Shown: piece after piece, positions 25,060-35,035 of the stretch | Numbering within the stretch: position 1 is the first letter of the stretch | Layout: every line of letters begins with the position of its first letter | Assembly (NCBI GenBank): GCA_964638485.1 | Contig: CAZWYX010000003.1 | Location: 1-37,523 of the forward strand | Direction of reading: 5' to 3' | DNA from: an uncultured Planctomycetales bacterium | GTDB taxonomy: Bacteria; Omnitrophota; Gorgyraeia; Aquiviventales; CAZWYX01 | DNA length: 37,523 bases | Notes under the pieces: model-generated | Databases searched by the model: none | Told to the model about the DNA's origin: nothing | The model's input: only the letters and a program-made list of their open reading frames with translations | Made by a program: the position numbers and the translations under genes

Positions 25060-27125
25060 CAGGCCAGATCAATGTGCTGGTATTTGGCGAGCAGGCGATC
25101 GGCCAACCGCCTCAGGGCCTGCGGCCGGGACGGATGGGCGGCACTCTCGACCAATGCCTGCGCCTCTTCACGCGCGGCTTGCAGCGTCGAGAGATCCGTC
25201 AGGAGATTGGCAAACCGCAACGCCGGCAGGCCATGCTGCTGCGTTCCCAGCGCTTCGCCCGGGCCGCGCAACGCCAGATCGCGCTCGGCCAACGCAAATC
25301 CATCGCGCAGTTCCACAAAGGCCTGGAGTCGCGCCACCGCCTCAGGAGCCTGCGTGTCAGAGAAGATGAGACACGTGGCAGGCGCACTCCCCCGCCCGAT
25401 CCGGCCGCGGAGCTGATGGAGCTGCGCTAAGCCAAACCGCTCCGCATGCTCGATGACCATCAGCGTCGCGTTGGGCACATCAATCCCGACTTCGATGATG
25501 ATGGTGGAGACGAGCACATGAATGGTACGCTGCACGAAGTGGCGCATGAGGCGCTGCTTCTGCTCCGAGGGGAGTTTGCCGTGCAGCAGTCCCACGCGAC
25601 ATTGCGGGAGCACGGCTTGTAACTCGCGGGCCATGCGCGTGGCCGCTTTCAGGTCGCTGGTCGCCGTCTCGTCAATGAGCGGATAGACCACATACGCCTG
25701 CTGACCGCTGGCCAGCGTCGCGTGTAACCGCTCGTGAAGGAGCGCGCGCGCGTCGCTACGTAGCCACTGCGTCTGCAGCGGTTGGCGACCTGGCGGCAGC
25801 TCCTTCAACGTTGAGATGTCGAGGTCGCCATAGACAGTCATCGCCAGCGTCCGCGGGATTGGGGTCGCGGTCATGACGAGGACATCAGGGGTGTGACCTT
25901 TCGCGCGCAGTCGAGCCCGCTGGGCGACGCCAAACTTGTGTTGCTCGTCAATGACCACGAGGGCCAGATGCTCGAAGCGCACCGCCTGTTGGAGCAGCGC
26001 GTGGGTGCCGATGACAATGAGTGGTTCGCCACGCGTGATCCGTCGGTACGCCGCCTGCCGGTGGTGACGACGCACGCCCCGCGACACCAGTGCGATCGTG
26101 ACTCCCAGGGGCCCCACCAGGGCCTTGAGCGTTCTGCTGTGCTGCTCAGCGAGAATCTCCGTCGGTGCCATGAGCGCAGCTTGATAGCCACTCTGCACCG
26201 CGACGAGCAGCAACCATGTCGCGAGCACCGTTTTGCCACTGCCCACTTCCCCTTGGAGGAGCCGGTTCATCGGCTGCGGTCGGCTCACGTCGGCACGCAG
26301 CTCTGCGAGCACCTGCTGCTGGCCAGCGGTCAGCGCAAATGGCAAACGCTTCAGGAACGCTGCGGTCAATGGGCCGTTGACGTCAGGCCGTTGCGGTTTG
26401 CGTGTGTGCGTGACGGTACGACGACGCAAGGCCAACAGGAGTTGCAAGGTCAAGCACTCATCGAACGCCAGTCGCCGATGGGCCCGCTCCACGCTCGCCC
26501 AGTCAGGCGGAAAATGCAGGGTGCGCAGCGCCGTCGGTAAATCAATCAGTTCATGCTTCAAGCGGAGTTCAGCCGGCAACGGATCCACCAGGCGATAGGA
26601 AAACCGCCCCAGCGCCTCGTGGACCATCTGCCGCAGTCGCCGCTGACTTAAGGCGGCGGTCGTCGAGTAGACCGGTACGATGCATCCCATATGGATCGCA
26701 TCCCGCTCCTCCGCGTGCACCAGTTCGAATTCCGGCGACAGCATCTGGGGAGACGTCTGCCCCTCGACCTTCCCGTAGAGCAGCACCGACTGACCGATGA
26801 CGAACTGCTTCGCCAAGTAGGGTTGATTGAACCAGATGGCTCGGAGAGACCCGCTGGCATCGTGGAGCACGATCTCGACGAGGGCCAACCCGCGGCGCGC
26901 GCGACGCCCCTCCACGCGCTCGATCGTACCCAACACCGTCTGTGCGACGCCCGGCGCTAACTGATCCATGGGTGTAAACTGCGAGCGGTCTTCGTACCGA
27001 CGCGGCGCGGTGTAGAGGAGTTCCTCGACACTGCGGATGTCGAGGCGCGACAGGAGGCGCGCGCGGGCCGGCCCGACGGTGGGCACATATTGGACAGGAG
27101 TCTCCAGGACGGATTTTCCTTGCAT
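25059..27125 (-). CDS. recG: ATP-dependent DNA helicase RecG
   Basis: A wedge domain followed by GEVGSGKT, DEQHKFG and QLRGRIGRG. Confidence 0.92.
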   Translation of the reverse strand: MQGKSVLETPVQYVPTVGPARARLLSRLDIRSVEELLYTAPRRYEDRSQFTPMDQLAPGVAQTVLGTIERVEGRRARRGLALVEIVLHDASGSLRAIWFNQPYLAKQFVIGQSVLLYGKVEGQTSPQMLSPEFELVHAEERDAIHMGCIVPVYSTTAALSQRRLRQMVHEALGRFSYRLVDPLPAELRLKHELIDLPTALRTLHFPPDWASVERAHRRLAFDECLTLQLLLALRRRTVTHTRKPQRPDVNGPLTAAFLKRLPFALTAGQQQVLAELRADVSRPQPMNRLLQGEVGSGKTVLATWLLLVAVQSGYQAALMAPTEILAEQHSRTLKALVGPLGVTIALVSRGVRRHHRQAAYRRITRGEPLIVIGTHALLQQAVRFEHLALVVIDEQHKFGVAQRARLRAKGHTPDVLVMTATPIPRTLAMTVYGDLDISTLKELPPGRQPLQTQWLRSDARALLHERLHATLASGQQAYVVYPLIDETATSDLKAATRMARELQAVLPQCRVGLLHGKLPSEQKQRLMRHFVQRTIHVLVSTIIIEVGIDVPNATLMVIEHAERFGLAQLHQLRGRIGRGSAPATCLIFSDTQAPEAVARLQAFVELRDGFALAERDLALRGPGEALGTQQHGLPALRFANLLTDLSTLQAAREEAQALVESAAHPSRPQALRRLADRLLAKYQHIDLA

Positions 27126-27149
27126 CTGGCAACCGCGTATGCTAGCGTG

Positions 27150-27210
27150 GTGAACGCTTAACGGTACCGGTGAACGGCAGATTGTTCACGATGCACCGTT
27201 CGCTGTTCAC
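27150..27210. promoter_or_regulatory. nested GTGAAC / GTTCAC inverted repeats in the recG-rpmB divergent spacer
   Basis: GTGAAC at 27150-27155 and 27170-27175. GTTCAC at 27184-27189 and 27205-27210. The inner pair forms a 6-8-6 palindrome, GTGAACGGCAGATTGTTCAC. Confidence 0.5.
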
Positions 27211-27231
27211 CTGAGTGTTTTGGAGGTCCCA

Positions 27232-27462
27232 GTGGCACGTGTGTGTGTAATTTGCGGTAAAGGCACCGTCATTGGCCGCATGTATTCGCGGCGGGGCGTG
27301 GCGAAGTTTAAAGGCGGCGTCGGGATCAAAGTCACGCGGAAAAACCCCCGTCGCTTTCATCCCAACTTGCAGCGTGTCCGGGCGGTCGTCGCTGGGACGG
27401 TGCGGCGGCTGCGCGTGTGCACCGCGTGCTTACGCTCCGGACGCGTGGTCAAAGCTCCTTAG
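27232..27462 (+). CDS. rpmB: 50S ribosomal protein L28
   Basis: GTG 27232 with GGAGG 5 nt upstream. ARVCVICGKGTVIGRMYS...FHPNLQ. Confidence 0.88.
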   Translation: MARVCVICGKGTVIGRMYSRRGVAKFKGGVGIKVTRKNPRRFHPNLQRVRAVVAGTVRRLRVCTACLRSGRVVKAP

Positions 27463-27553
27463 ACGTCATTCGGCGTGCAGCGCCTGCCTGTGCGTTGCAC
27501 GCAGACAGATTGGGCGTTCGGCGAATGCCGTGGAGTGCCAAGCGCTGCACTGC

Positions 27554-29260
27554 TCAACACTCAGCTCGTCGAAAATCTCGTAAGACCAACTGCAGGGTAG
27601 TAGTGGTACCATCCCACCGATTGAGGGACGGCGTGTACACGCAGTCAACGACCGCGCCCTCGAACAACTCCTCAATCCGCTCCGCCATCCTAAACCCCAT
27701 CGCCTCGCCGGTGAGTTGTCCATCGGTGACCCAACACTTGAAGTGGTTGCGTCCCACGCGTTGTGGGGGATGTTTGACGATGAGACGCCGCGAGAGGAAC
27801 GCCGGTTCGGGATTTCCCGCCCCATAGGGCTCCAGCGTCTCGAGGGCGTGGAAGAGCGGCTCTCGCCAGATTGCCAACGGCAACTCCGCATCAATTATCA
27901 CCGCTGGCACCAGCGCGGCCGGCGGTAACAGTTCTCGCGCGAGGGCGTTGAGCGTCTCACGCAACGCCGACAGACGCGCGCGCCGGAGGGTCAACCCGCA
28001 CGCCGCCGCATGACCACCAAAGCTCTCGAGAGACGACGCGCACTGCGCCAGGGCATCGGTCAGATGGAAAGCGGGAATCGAGCGGCCGGAGCCGCGGCCA
28101 CGTTCGCCGTCAAAACCAATCACGATGCTCGGGCGATGGTAGCGGTCAACCAACCGCGCCGCCACGATCCCTACGACGCCGATGTGCCAGCCCTCCTTGC
28201 CGACGACGAGCACACGCGTCTGGCTAAAATCCACCGTTTCTTCTACCTCGCGCATCGCCTCGCTGAGCACCTGTTGCTCCAGCCGTTGGCGCTCCCGGTT
28301 CTGTCCATTTAACGCCTCTGCCAAGTCGTCCGCTTCGACGGACGAGTCGGTCAACAACAGTTGCAGAGCGCACTCCGCCGAACCCAACCGCCCTGAAGCG
28401 TTGATCCGTGGACCCAAGATGAAACCCACGTGGAACGGGCGCAACCGCTCCTCGCACATGCCGGCGACGTCCATCAAGGAGCGCAGGCCCACCCGCGGCG
28501 TCTGGGCTAACTGCGCGAGGCCATGCTTGACGAGAATACGATTTTCGTCGAGGAGCGGCACCACATCAGCGACGGTGCCCAGGGCAACCAAATCTAGGTA
28601 CGGCTGCCAGTGGGCCGGCTCCTGCTGGCACAACGCCTGCGCCAACTTGAACGCCAAGCCCACACTCGCGAGGCCTTTATGGGGATACCGACACGCAGGA
28701 TGTCGTGGATTGATCAACGTGTGGGCTGGCGGGAGTGCATCGAGGCGCGGCAAGTGGTGGTCGAGGATGATGGTGTCAATGCCGGCGCGTGCTAACGCGC
28801 TGATTTCTTCCGTTGCTGTCGTGCCGCAATCCACGGTGATGACCAGGCGCGCGCCTTGCTGACGAGCCGTCTGCACGAGCTGCTCGTTCAAGCCATACCC
28901 GTCGGTCAAGCGATGCGGTAAGAGCGAACTGACGTTGGCGCCTTTCGCGCGCAACAGCAAGGTGACGAGCGCCGTAGCGGTGACGCCATCCACATCGTAG
29001 TCACCGAAGACGATGATGTGCTCCCGTCGCTGCAGCGCCTGCTGGAGGCGTGCCACGGCCCGCGGCATATCCCGCAGCAACAGCGGATCATGCAGTCGCT
29101 CCAAGGCAGGGTGCAGGTACTGGGCGGCTGCCTCCACGCTGGTGATGCCACGGTTGATTAACAACTGCGCCACCAACGGTGGCACGTCCAACGCTTCCAC
29201 CAACGCGCGCTGGGCCGTCGGCTGAGATGGCAGCAGGTGCCACCGGCTAGGCGTGGACAC
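27554..29260 (-). CDS. recJ: single-stranded-DNA-specific exonuclease RecJ
   Basis: DHH family motifs: FGDYDVDGVT, ITVDCG, ILDHH and FGGHAAACG. Confidence 0.92.
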   Translation of the reverse strand: MSTPSRWHLLPSQPTAQRALVEALDVPPLVAQLLINRGITSVEAAAQYLHPALERLHDPLLLRDMPRAVARLQQALQRREHIIVFGDYDVDGVTATALVTLLLRAKGANVSSLLPHRLTDGYGLNEQLVQTARQQGARLVITVDCGTTATEEISALARAGIDTIILDHHLPRLDALPPAHTLINPRHPACRYPHKGLASVGLAFKLAQALCQQEPAHWQPYLDLVALGTVADVVPLLDENRILVKHGLAQLAQTPRVGLRSLMDVAGMCEERLRPFHVGFILGPRINASGRLGSAECALQLLLTDSSVEADDLAEALNGQNRERQRLEQQVLSEAMREVEETVDFSQTRVLVVGKEGWHIGVVGIVAARLVDRYHRPSIVIGFDGERGRGSGRSIPAFHLTDALAQCASSLESFGGHAAACGLTLRRARLSALRETLNALARELLPPAALVPAVIIDAELPLAIWREPLFHALETLEPYGAGNPEPAFLSRRLIVKHPPQRVGRNHFKCWVTDGQLTGEAMGFRMAERIEELFEGAVVDCVYTPSLNRWDGTTTTLQLVLRDFRRAEC

Positions 29261-31415
29261 GCGCCCTCCGCTGTCGCCAACTGACGACCAACGCTCCCGC
29301 GATATAGACGGTGGAATACACGCCAGAGATGAACCCGATCAACAGACAAAAAGCAAAATCCTCCAACACCTGCCCGCCAAGGAAGTACAAAGCCACCACC
29401 GTCATGATGACCATCAGCGATGTCAAGATCGTCCGCGAGAGCATCTGATTGATGCTCAGGTTGATGAGTTCTGGCAGCGTCATCTTGCGCATCAACCGCG
29501 TGTTCTCCCGGACGCGATCGTAGATGACGATGGTGTCGTTGATGGAAAACCCTGCAATCGTCAGCAGCGCCGCGACCAACGTCAAGGACAGCTCTCGTCC
29601 AGTGAACGCGAGGAAGGCGACGCCGACCAACACGTCGTGGAAGAGTGCGATCACGCCAGCCAGACCAAAGTCCCACTGTTTGAATCGCACCGCCACATAG
29701 AGGAGGATCCCTGCCAGGGCATAGAGGATGGCGAGTATGGCTTGGCGTCGCAACTGCTTCCCGACGACAGGACCCACAAACTCCACGCGTTCCCGGGTAA
29801 AGGACACCCCCACCTGCTGGAAGGCCGCCTCCACCGTCTTGACAGTGTCACCGACGGTACGCACGAGAATTTCGCGGGGATTTCCGAACTGCTGGATCGC
29901 GACATCGCCGACATCGGCGGCGCGCAAGGTTTCGCGCAAACGTTCCATCGGTACCACTTGGGCAAACCGATACTCCTGCATCTGCCCACCGGAAAAATCA
30001 ATGCCATAGGCCCGTTCCCCGCGGAACCACAACGCGAGGAGTCCTGCCACCACGAGGATCCCTGAGGCGAGGTAGAACAGTCGTCGCTTCCCGAGGAAAT
30101 CGAACGTGCTCTCTTTGAAGAGCTGGAGCATCGGGAGCTGACGCATCCATCCCTTCCCGATGAGGAGATCGAATATGACCCGTGTGACGACGATGGCCGT
30201 GAACATGCTCGCGACCAAGCCAATCGTCAAGGTGACCGCAAAACCCTTGAGGGGACCTGTGCCAAATCGAAAGAGGAGGGCTGCCGCAATGAGCGTTGTC
30301 ACATTCGAATCCACGATGGCATGAAAGGCTTTCTGATAGCCGGCATGGATCGCGGCGGTCAACGGTTTCCCACTCCTGAGCTCTTCGCGAATCCGCTCGT
30401 AGATCAAGACGTTGGCATCCACCGCCATGCCGAGGGTCAAGACGATGCCGGCGATACCCGGGAGGGTCAACGTGGCGTGAAAGAATCCCAGGCCGCCCAG
30501 AAGGAGGAGGAGGTTCAAGGCGAGTGCCAGCACCGCAATGAGGCCCGCGAGGAAGTAGTACCCCACCATGAAGAGCACAATCAGTCCGCCGCCGATGAGC
30601 GTGGCGAGCACGCCGGAGCGGATCGAGTCGTATCCCAGCGTGGGACCGACGGTGCGTTCTTCTTCCAAGAGAATGGGCGCGGGCAGCGCACCAGCGCGCA
30701 GCACGATGGCAAGGTCGTGGGCTTCCTGCTGATTAAACTGACCCGTGATCTGGCCTTGGTTGGCAATGCGACTGCGAATGACGGGTGCCGATTGCACCTG
30801 GCCGTCCAGTACGATCGCCAGACGACGGCCAATGTTGGCCGAGGTGCTGCGGGCAAACGCCTGGCCCCCTTCATGGTTCAGCGTGAAATTGACGACCGGC
30901 TCGCCATACTGGCCGAAGTCCACGCGCGCATCGGTGAGCGACGACCCCGTGATGACTGGCTGGGCTTCGAGCAGGAGTGGCTGTCCCTGCTCATCGTCCG
31001 AGAGCGCGTAGCCAGCGGGGGTGCGGCCGCCAAGCGCTTCTTCGACTAAGTTGAAATCCTCACTGACCAGCTTGAATTCAAGGAGCGCGGTTTTGCCCAG
31101 GAGCTCGAGGGCGCGCTCGCGATCGGTCACGCCAGGCAGTTGCACGACGATGTGCTCAGTTCCCTGTCGCTGAATGACCGGTTCGCGCACCCCGAATTGA
31201 TCCACGCGATTGCGGATGATCTCGAGCGCACGCACCGCCGCATCGGCGCGGGCGTCTGGCGGCAGTGTCGAGGTGTCCACCCGTAAGACGAGATGCATCC
31301 CACCCTGGAGATCGAGTCCTAAGTTAATGCGACGCTGTAGCGGCAACGTAAAGAACGTGGCGACACCGACCACCAACAGAATCAGCGGAATTTTCCAGCG
31401 CAGGTTACGGGGCAT
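29247..31415 (-). CDS. secDF: protein translocase subunit SecDF (fused)
   Basis: Trimmed to ATG 31415 (MPRNLRWKIPLILLVV). The SecD periplasmic domain and TM bundle are followed by the SecF half in a single ORF. Confidence 0.9.
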   Translation of the reverse strand: MPRNLRWKIPLILLVVGVATFFTLPLQRRINLGLDLQGGMHLVLRVDTSTLPPDARADAAVRALEIIRNRVDQFGVREPVIQRQGTEHIVVQLPGVTDRERALELLGKTALLEFKLVSEDFNLVEEALGGRTPAGYALSDDEQGQPLLLEAQPVITGSSLTDARVDFGQYGEPVVNFTLNHEGGQAFARSTSANIGRRLAIVLDGQVQSAPVIRSRIANQGQITGQFNQQEAHDLAIVLRAGALPAPILLEEERTVGPTLGYDSIRSGVLATLIGGGLIVLFMVGYYFLAGLIAVLALALNLLLLLGGLGFFHATLTLPGIAGIVLTLGMAVDANVLIYERIREELRSGKPLTAAIHAGYQKAFHAIVDSNVTTLIAAALLFRFGTGPLKGFAVTLTIGLVASMFTAIVVTRVIFDLLIGKGWMRQLPMLQLFKESTFDFLGKRRLFYLASGILVVAGLLALWFRGERAYGIDFSGGQMQEYRFAQVVPMERLRETLRAADVGDVAIQQFGNPREILVRTVGDTVKTVEAAFQQVGVSFTRERVEFVGPVVGKQLRRQAILAILYALAGILLYVAVRFKQWDFGLAGVIALFHDVLVGVAFLAFTGRELSLTLVAALLTIAGFSINDTIVIYDRVRENTRLMRKMTLPELINLSINQMLSRTILTSLMVIMTVVALYFLGGQVLEDFAFCLLIGFISGVYSTVYIAGALVVSWRQRRARVHA

Positions 31416-31416
31416 G

Positions 31417-31722
31417 TTAGGAACTAGCCGCCTTCTCGAGGCGCGCAATCGCTGACCGATCAACCTCGACTTTGACGTTGTCGTCCACCCGCAGCACGAC
31501 GGTCGCATCTTTCACGTAGAGCACCGTCCCATGGAGACCGCCAGCCGTCACAACGGTATCGTGTTTCTTGAGGGCCTTGAGCATGACCTCATGTTCCCGA
31601 CGCTGTTTTTGCTGTGGCCGCATGAGCAGGAAGTAAAATAACCCAAAGAGGACCAGGAGGGGTAAGAAACTCACCCACGGTGGCGGTTGGGCTGGTACTT
31701 GCGCAACAGGTATGACGCTCAT
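31417..31722 (-). CDS. yajC: preprotein translocase subunit YajC
   Basis: AAGGAGG lies upstream of the start. LLMRPQQKQRREH...GGLHGTV. Confidence 0.88.
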   Translation of the reverse strand: MSVIPVAQVPAQPPPWVSFLPLLVLFGLFYFLLMRPQQKQRREHEVMLKALKKHDTVVTAGGLHGTVLYVKDATVVLRVDDNVKVEVDRSAIARLEKAASS

Positions 31723-31752
31723 AGAAACCTCCTTGGACGTTATCGCGGTATC

Positions 31753-33006
31753 TTAAGGTGCTGCGAGGGATTCAACGGGCGGCAAGGACCGAATTTCCGC
31801 CCCCGGATAGTAGTACTGAACGATGTCGGCCGCCGCATAGCCGGCCTGTGCCATCCCGAATGCCCCCCATTGGCACAAGCCCACCCCATGCCCCCACCCA
31901 CGACCGCTCAGGATCAACTCGCCCTCCTGCACGGCGAGACTGACCAGGGTACTCTTCATCACGTTCACACCGACCAGCATGCGAAAATCTTTGGCAGACA
32001 TCGTGTGACTATCCTGCGAGCCGACGAGTCGCACACGCTGCAATCGTCCGCTCGACGTCCACGCCGTCGCCTCGACGCGCTCGAGACGTCCCACGTGCAC
32101 ACCCTCCGTTCGCAATTGCTGCGCGAGGTGGTCAAGAGAGACGCGACCCGTCCACGTCGCATACGGGGAGTGTTGATCGAACGGGCACGGACGGCCCGCC
32201 AACGGCGGGAGATCAATCGCCCACAGTGCTCGTGCGGCTTCGGTGTGCCCGCCACACGCCGCATGGAAAAACGCAGGAAAGATCTGCCCTTGATACGCGA
32301 GGATCTGTCCCCGCGTAGCATCCACCGCCTGGTTCGTCCGACGACGCTCCGCACTCCGCCCACCATACACCTGGGAGCTCACGTCGCCGGTGACATCGAA
32401 ATCGTAGCTCGTGCGCTGGGCGGCCTGAAAGACAGCGTAGGTGCGCGCCGCAATCGCCTGGGCTTTGAGGACTTCCATTGGCCAGCGGGCAGGGACTTCC
32501 CGCACGAGGACCGAGGCCAAGTAGTCCTCGAGATCCACACGATTGATCACGCGCAGTCGCGTATCATCGAGGCGCAGGATGTTGAGTTGCCCACGGACGC
32601 GCTGGCCGTTCACGGTGATGATGCCATCGCGTGCCGTCTCGACGTGGAGCCCGGTCCCTGGGATGACGAAATGACCCACGCGTAACCCGTCGCTCGTCGG
32701 TACCACTTCGACACTGTAGAGTCCCCGCCCTTCGTGCAGTACCGGAGAGGATGACGTCCCACGCAGGCGGTAACTCCCTGGCACGTGGAGCAACAGCGAG
32801 GCGGTCTCAGGGACAATCGCCACGCGCACGAAATACCCAGAGTGCGTCGGCACGCGCCCACCCATCGCATCGGCCAGACGTACGGACACGAAACACACCA
32901 GGAGGAGAGAGGCCGACGCGAGTATGCCGTAACCCGCGAACCGCGAACCGAGATACGGTGTGGTCCGTCGGGTTACGGTTCGCTGGTGACGGTTCGCGTG
33001 CTTCAT
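31753..33006 (-). CDS. SpoIID/LytB domain protein
   Basis: Trimmed to ATG 33006, which overlaps the DUF2905 stop as ATGA. KAQAIAARTYA, CGGHTEA and GHGVGLCQWGA. Confidence 0.85.
   Translation of the reverse strand: MKHANRHQRTVTRRTTPYLGSRFAGYGILASASLLLVCFVSVRLADAMGGRVPTHSGYFVRVAIVPETASLLLHVPGSYRLRGTSSSPVLHEGRGLYSVEVVPTSDGLRVGHFVIPGTGLHVETARDGIITVNGQRVRGQLNILRLDDTRLRVINRVDLEDYLASVLVREVPARWPMEVLKAQAIAARTYAVFQAAQRTSYDFDVTGDVSSQVYGGRSAERRRTNQAVDATRGQILAYQGQIFPAFFHAACGGHTEAARALWAIDLPPLAGRPCPFDQHSPYATWTGRVSLDHLAQQLRTEGVHVGRLERVEATAWTSSGRLQRVRLVGSQDSHTMSAKDFRMLVGVNVMKSTLVSLAVQEGELILSGRGWGHGVGLCQWGAFGMAQAGYAAADIVQYYYPGAEIRSLPPVESLAAP
32927..32997. repeat. cluster of GGTTCGC/GCGAACC repeat units inside the 5' end of the SpoIID gene
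   Basis: Tandem units GGGTTACGGTTCGC (32970-32983) and TGGTGACGGTTCGC (32984-32997). An inverted copy CCGTAACCCGCGAACCGCGAACCG lies at 32927-32950. CCGTAACCCG pairs with CGGGTTACGG over 10 bp. Confidence 0.7.
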
Positions 33007-33212
33007 TTGCGACCTGCAAGCCACAGGACAACGGTGAGCACCACACTGAGGAGGAGGCACGTCGTGATGGGAAAGTAGAACGTGAAGGAGTCCTTGCGGA
33101 TGAGGAGGTCACCGGGGAGACGTCCCACGCCAGGAATTTTCGGGATGAGGGAGACGAGGAGCCCTGTGAGGACGAACAGCACTCCGACGAGGATGAGCGT
33201 GCGACCAATCAT
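33003..33212 (-). CDS. DUF2905 family small membrane protein
   Basis: Trimmed to ATG 33212 (MIGRTLILVGVLFVLTG...GRLPGDLLIRKDSFTFYFPITTC). Confidence 0.75.
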   Translation of the reverse strand: MIGRTLILVGVLFVLTGLLVSLIPKIPGVGRLPGDLLIRKDSFTFYFPITTCLLLSVVLTVVLWLAGRK

Positions 33213-33242
33213 CTTGAGACGTGAGCGATCGTAAACAGTGCC

Positions 33243-33298
33243 CCGTGAACAGTGAAGAGAGAACACACGCGGTTCGCGGGTGGCGGATGACGGTTCAC
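33243..33298. repeat. CGTGAAC ... GTTCACG 7-bp inverted repeat enclosing degenerate GGTTCGCGGGTGGCGG units
   Basis: CGTGAAC at 33243-33249 and GTTCACG at 33292-33298, with GCGGTTCGCGGGTGGCGGATGACGGTTCAC between them. Located in the ruvB-DUF2905 spacer. Confidence 0.65.
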
Positions 33299-33311
33299 GA
33301 GCAGACCCCTC

Positions 33312-34367
33312 TCATCGAAAGAGCTCCGTCGTGTCCGGCGCTCGTTTCAACTCCACGACATGCCGATAGGCTTGGGGCGTGATTTTCCGTCCGCGTGCCG
33401 TGCGTTTCAGAAACCCGATGGAGAGGAGATACGGCTCGACGATGTCTACGATCGTATCGGCTTCTTCATTCAACGCCGCGGCCAACGCTTCGATCCCCAC
33501 AGGACCTCCACCGTAGAAGTCCACGATGGCCTTGAGGACCTTGCGGTCAATCGCATCGAGCCCACACCGATCCACCCCTTGACTCGTCAGCGCGGCCTGG
33601 GCGGTCTCCGCATCAATGGCCCCATCGCCTTTGACTTGGGCGTAGTCGCGCACCCGCCGCAGCAGCCGATTCGCCACCCGCGGCGTGCCGCGAGACCGTT
33701 GGGCGATTTCCTGAGACCCGGCCGCATCGAGGGCGATACTCAAGATCTGGGCCGAGCGCGTCAGGACGTGGACCAAGTCCTCGGGTGAGTAGAAATCGAG
33801 GTGGTGAAACATGCCAAAGCGACTGCGCAATGGACTGGAGAGCAGGCCGGAGCGCGTCGTCGCGCCGATCAGCGTAAAGCGCTTGAGGCTGAACTTGATC
33901 GTCTTGGCGTAGGGCCCTTTATCAATGACGAAATCAATCTGGAAATTTTCCATCGCCGGATACAAAAATTCTTCCACCACTTTGGAGAGGCGGTGAATCT
34001 CGTCAATGAAAAGGATGTCACCCGCTTCCAGGTTGGTCAGAATCCCAATGAGGTCACCGGCACGCTCGATCGCCGGGCCTGAGGTCGCGGTAATCTTCGT
34101 GCCCATCTCGTGCGCGATGATGTGGGCGAGACTGGTTTTCCCCAAGCCGGGCGGTCCAGCCAAGAGGATGTGTTCCAACGGTTCCTGCCGCGATGTCGCC
34201 GCGGTAATTGCGATGCGTAAATTCTCGACCACCGCACGCTGTCCCACGAAATCGCTCAAGGCCTTCGGTCTGAGCGAGAGGTTGAGCACCACATCCTCAT
34301 CCGTCTCCTGCTTGGTCAGCACCGGCGCCTCGGGCAACGGCAAGGGTTTGTTGGTCTTGGTCGCCAT
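33312..34367 (-). CDS. ruvB: Holliday junction branch migration ATPase RuvB
   Basis: [23 protein letters not shown] and DEIHRL. Confidence 0.93.
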   Translation of the reverse strand: MATKTNKPLPLPEAPVLTKQETDEDVVLNLSLRPKALSDFVGQRAVVENLRIAITAATSRQEPLEHILLAGPPGLGKTSLAHIIAHEMGTKITATSGPAIERAGDLIGILTNLEAGDILFIDEIHRLSKVVEEFLYPAMENFQIDFVIDKGPYAKTIKFSLKRFTLIGATTRSGLLSSPLRSRFGMFHHLDFYSPEDLVHVLTRSAQILSIALDAAGSQEIAQRSRGTPRVANRLLRRVRDYAQVKGDGAIDAETAQAALTSQGVDRCGLDAIDRKVLKAIVDFYGGGPVGIEALAAALNEEADTIVDIVEPYLLSIGFLKRTARGRKITPQAYRHVVELKRAPDTTELFR

Positions 34368-35035
34368 TAACGCCCCACGTGTAGCTGGGCTGACGCATCA
34401 GCCGTTTGCGAGTGTTGACGGTACACTTCGTTGAGCACATCTTCCGTCGTCTTCGCCTGTGGTGCACGTTTGAGTGCTGCGTGGACCATGTCTTTCGCTT
34501 CCGGCTTGGAATACTGCAACTGGAGGAGTACCGCAATCGCCTCCTCCGCGAGACCGTCGGCAGAAGGCGGCGTGGTTGCCGAGGCTGGCACGGCGCGATC
34601 TTTGATGAGGCCGAACTTCCCCACTTTGCCTTGGAGTTTCGCGATGATCTCGCGCGCTCGCTGCTCCCCAATGCCGGGGAGGGACTTGAGGACACTCATA
34701 TCGCCCGCATCAATCGCACTCGCGATGACGGAAATCGGCAGCGCCAGCGCCTTGAGGGCGGCCTTCGGGCCCACACCAGAGACGGTGATGAACCGTTCGA
34801 AGAACTCTTTTTCGATCTCGTTGGCAAAACCGATGAGGATGGGAACGCTGCGTGAGACATCCACCTGGTGGTAATGCAGCGTCACCAGGGACACGGTCCC
34901 GTCGGCTGCCAGGTGGCGATCCAGGGTCTTGAGAATCGTCGGAGGAATGAAGACCTCGTAGGAGAGGCCATGGACGTCCACCACCACGCTGGTCTCATGC
35001 CGCTGGCTGATGGTCCCATGGATCCGTGAGATCAT
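34367..35035 (-). CDS. ruvA: Holliday junction DNA helicase subunit RuvA
   Basis: MISRIHGTI, HhH motifs ([24 protein letters not shown]) and a C-terminal domain III. Confidence 0.9.
   Translation of the reverse strand: MISRIHGTISQRHETSVVVDVHGLSYEVFIPPTILKTLDRHLAADGTVSLVTLHYHQVDVSRSVPILIGFANEIEKEFFERFITVSGVGPKAALKALALPISVIASAIDAGDMSVLKSLPGIGEQRAREIIAKLQGKVGKFGLIKDRAVPASATTPPSADGLAEEAIAVLLQLQYSKPEAKDMVHAALKRAPQAKTTEDVLNEVYRQHSQTADASAQLHVGR

Noticed and set aside
27142-27360. 72-aa minus-strand ORF opposite rpmB
   Set aside because: It overlaps the clearly recognisable L28 gene and the recG-rpmB spacer, and has no RBS or family resemblance.
27463-27553. Rho-independent terminator between convergent rpmB and recJ
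   Set aside because: Several short hairpins are present (TGCGT-tgc-ACGCA, AGTGC-caagcgct-GCACT), but none is followed by a T-tract on either strand, so I do not call a canonical terminator.
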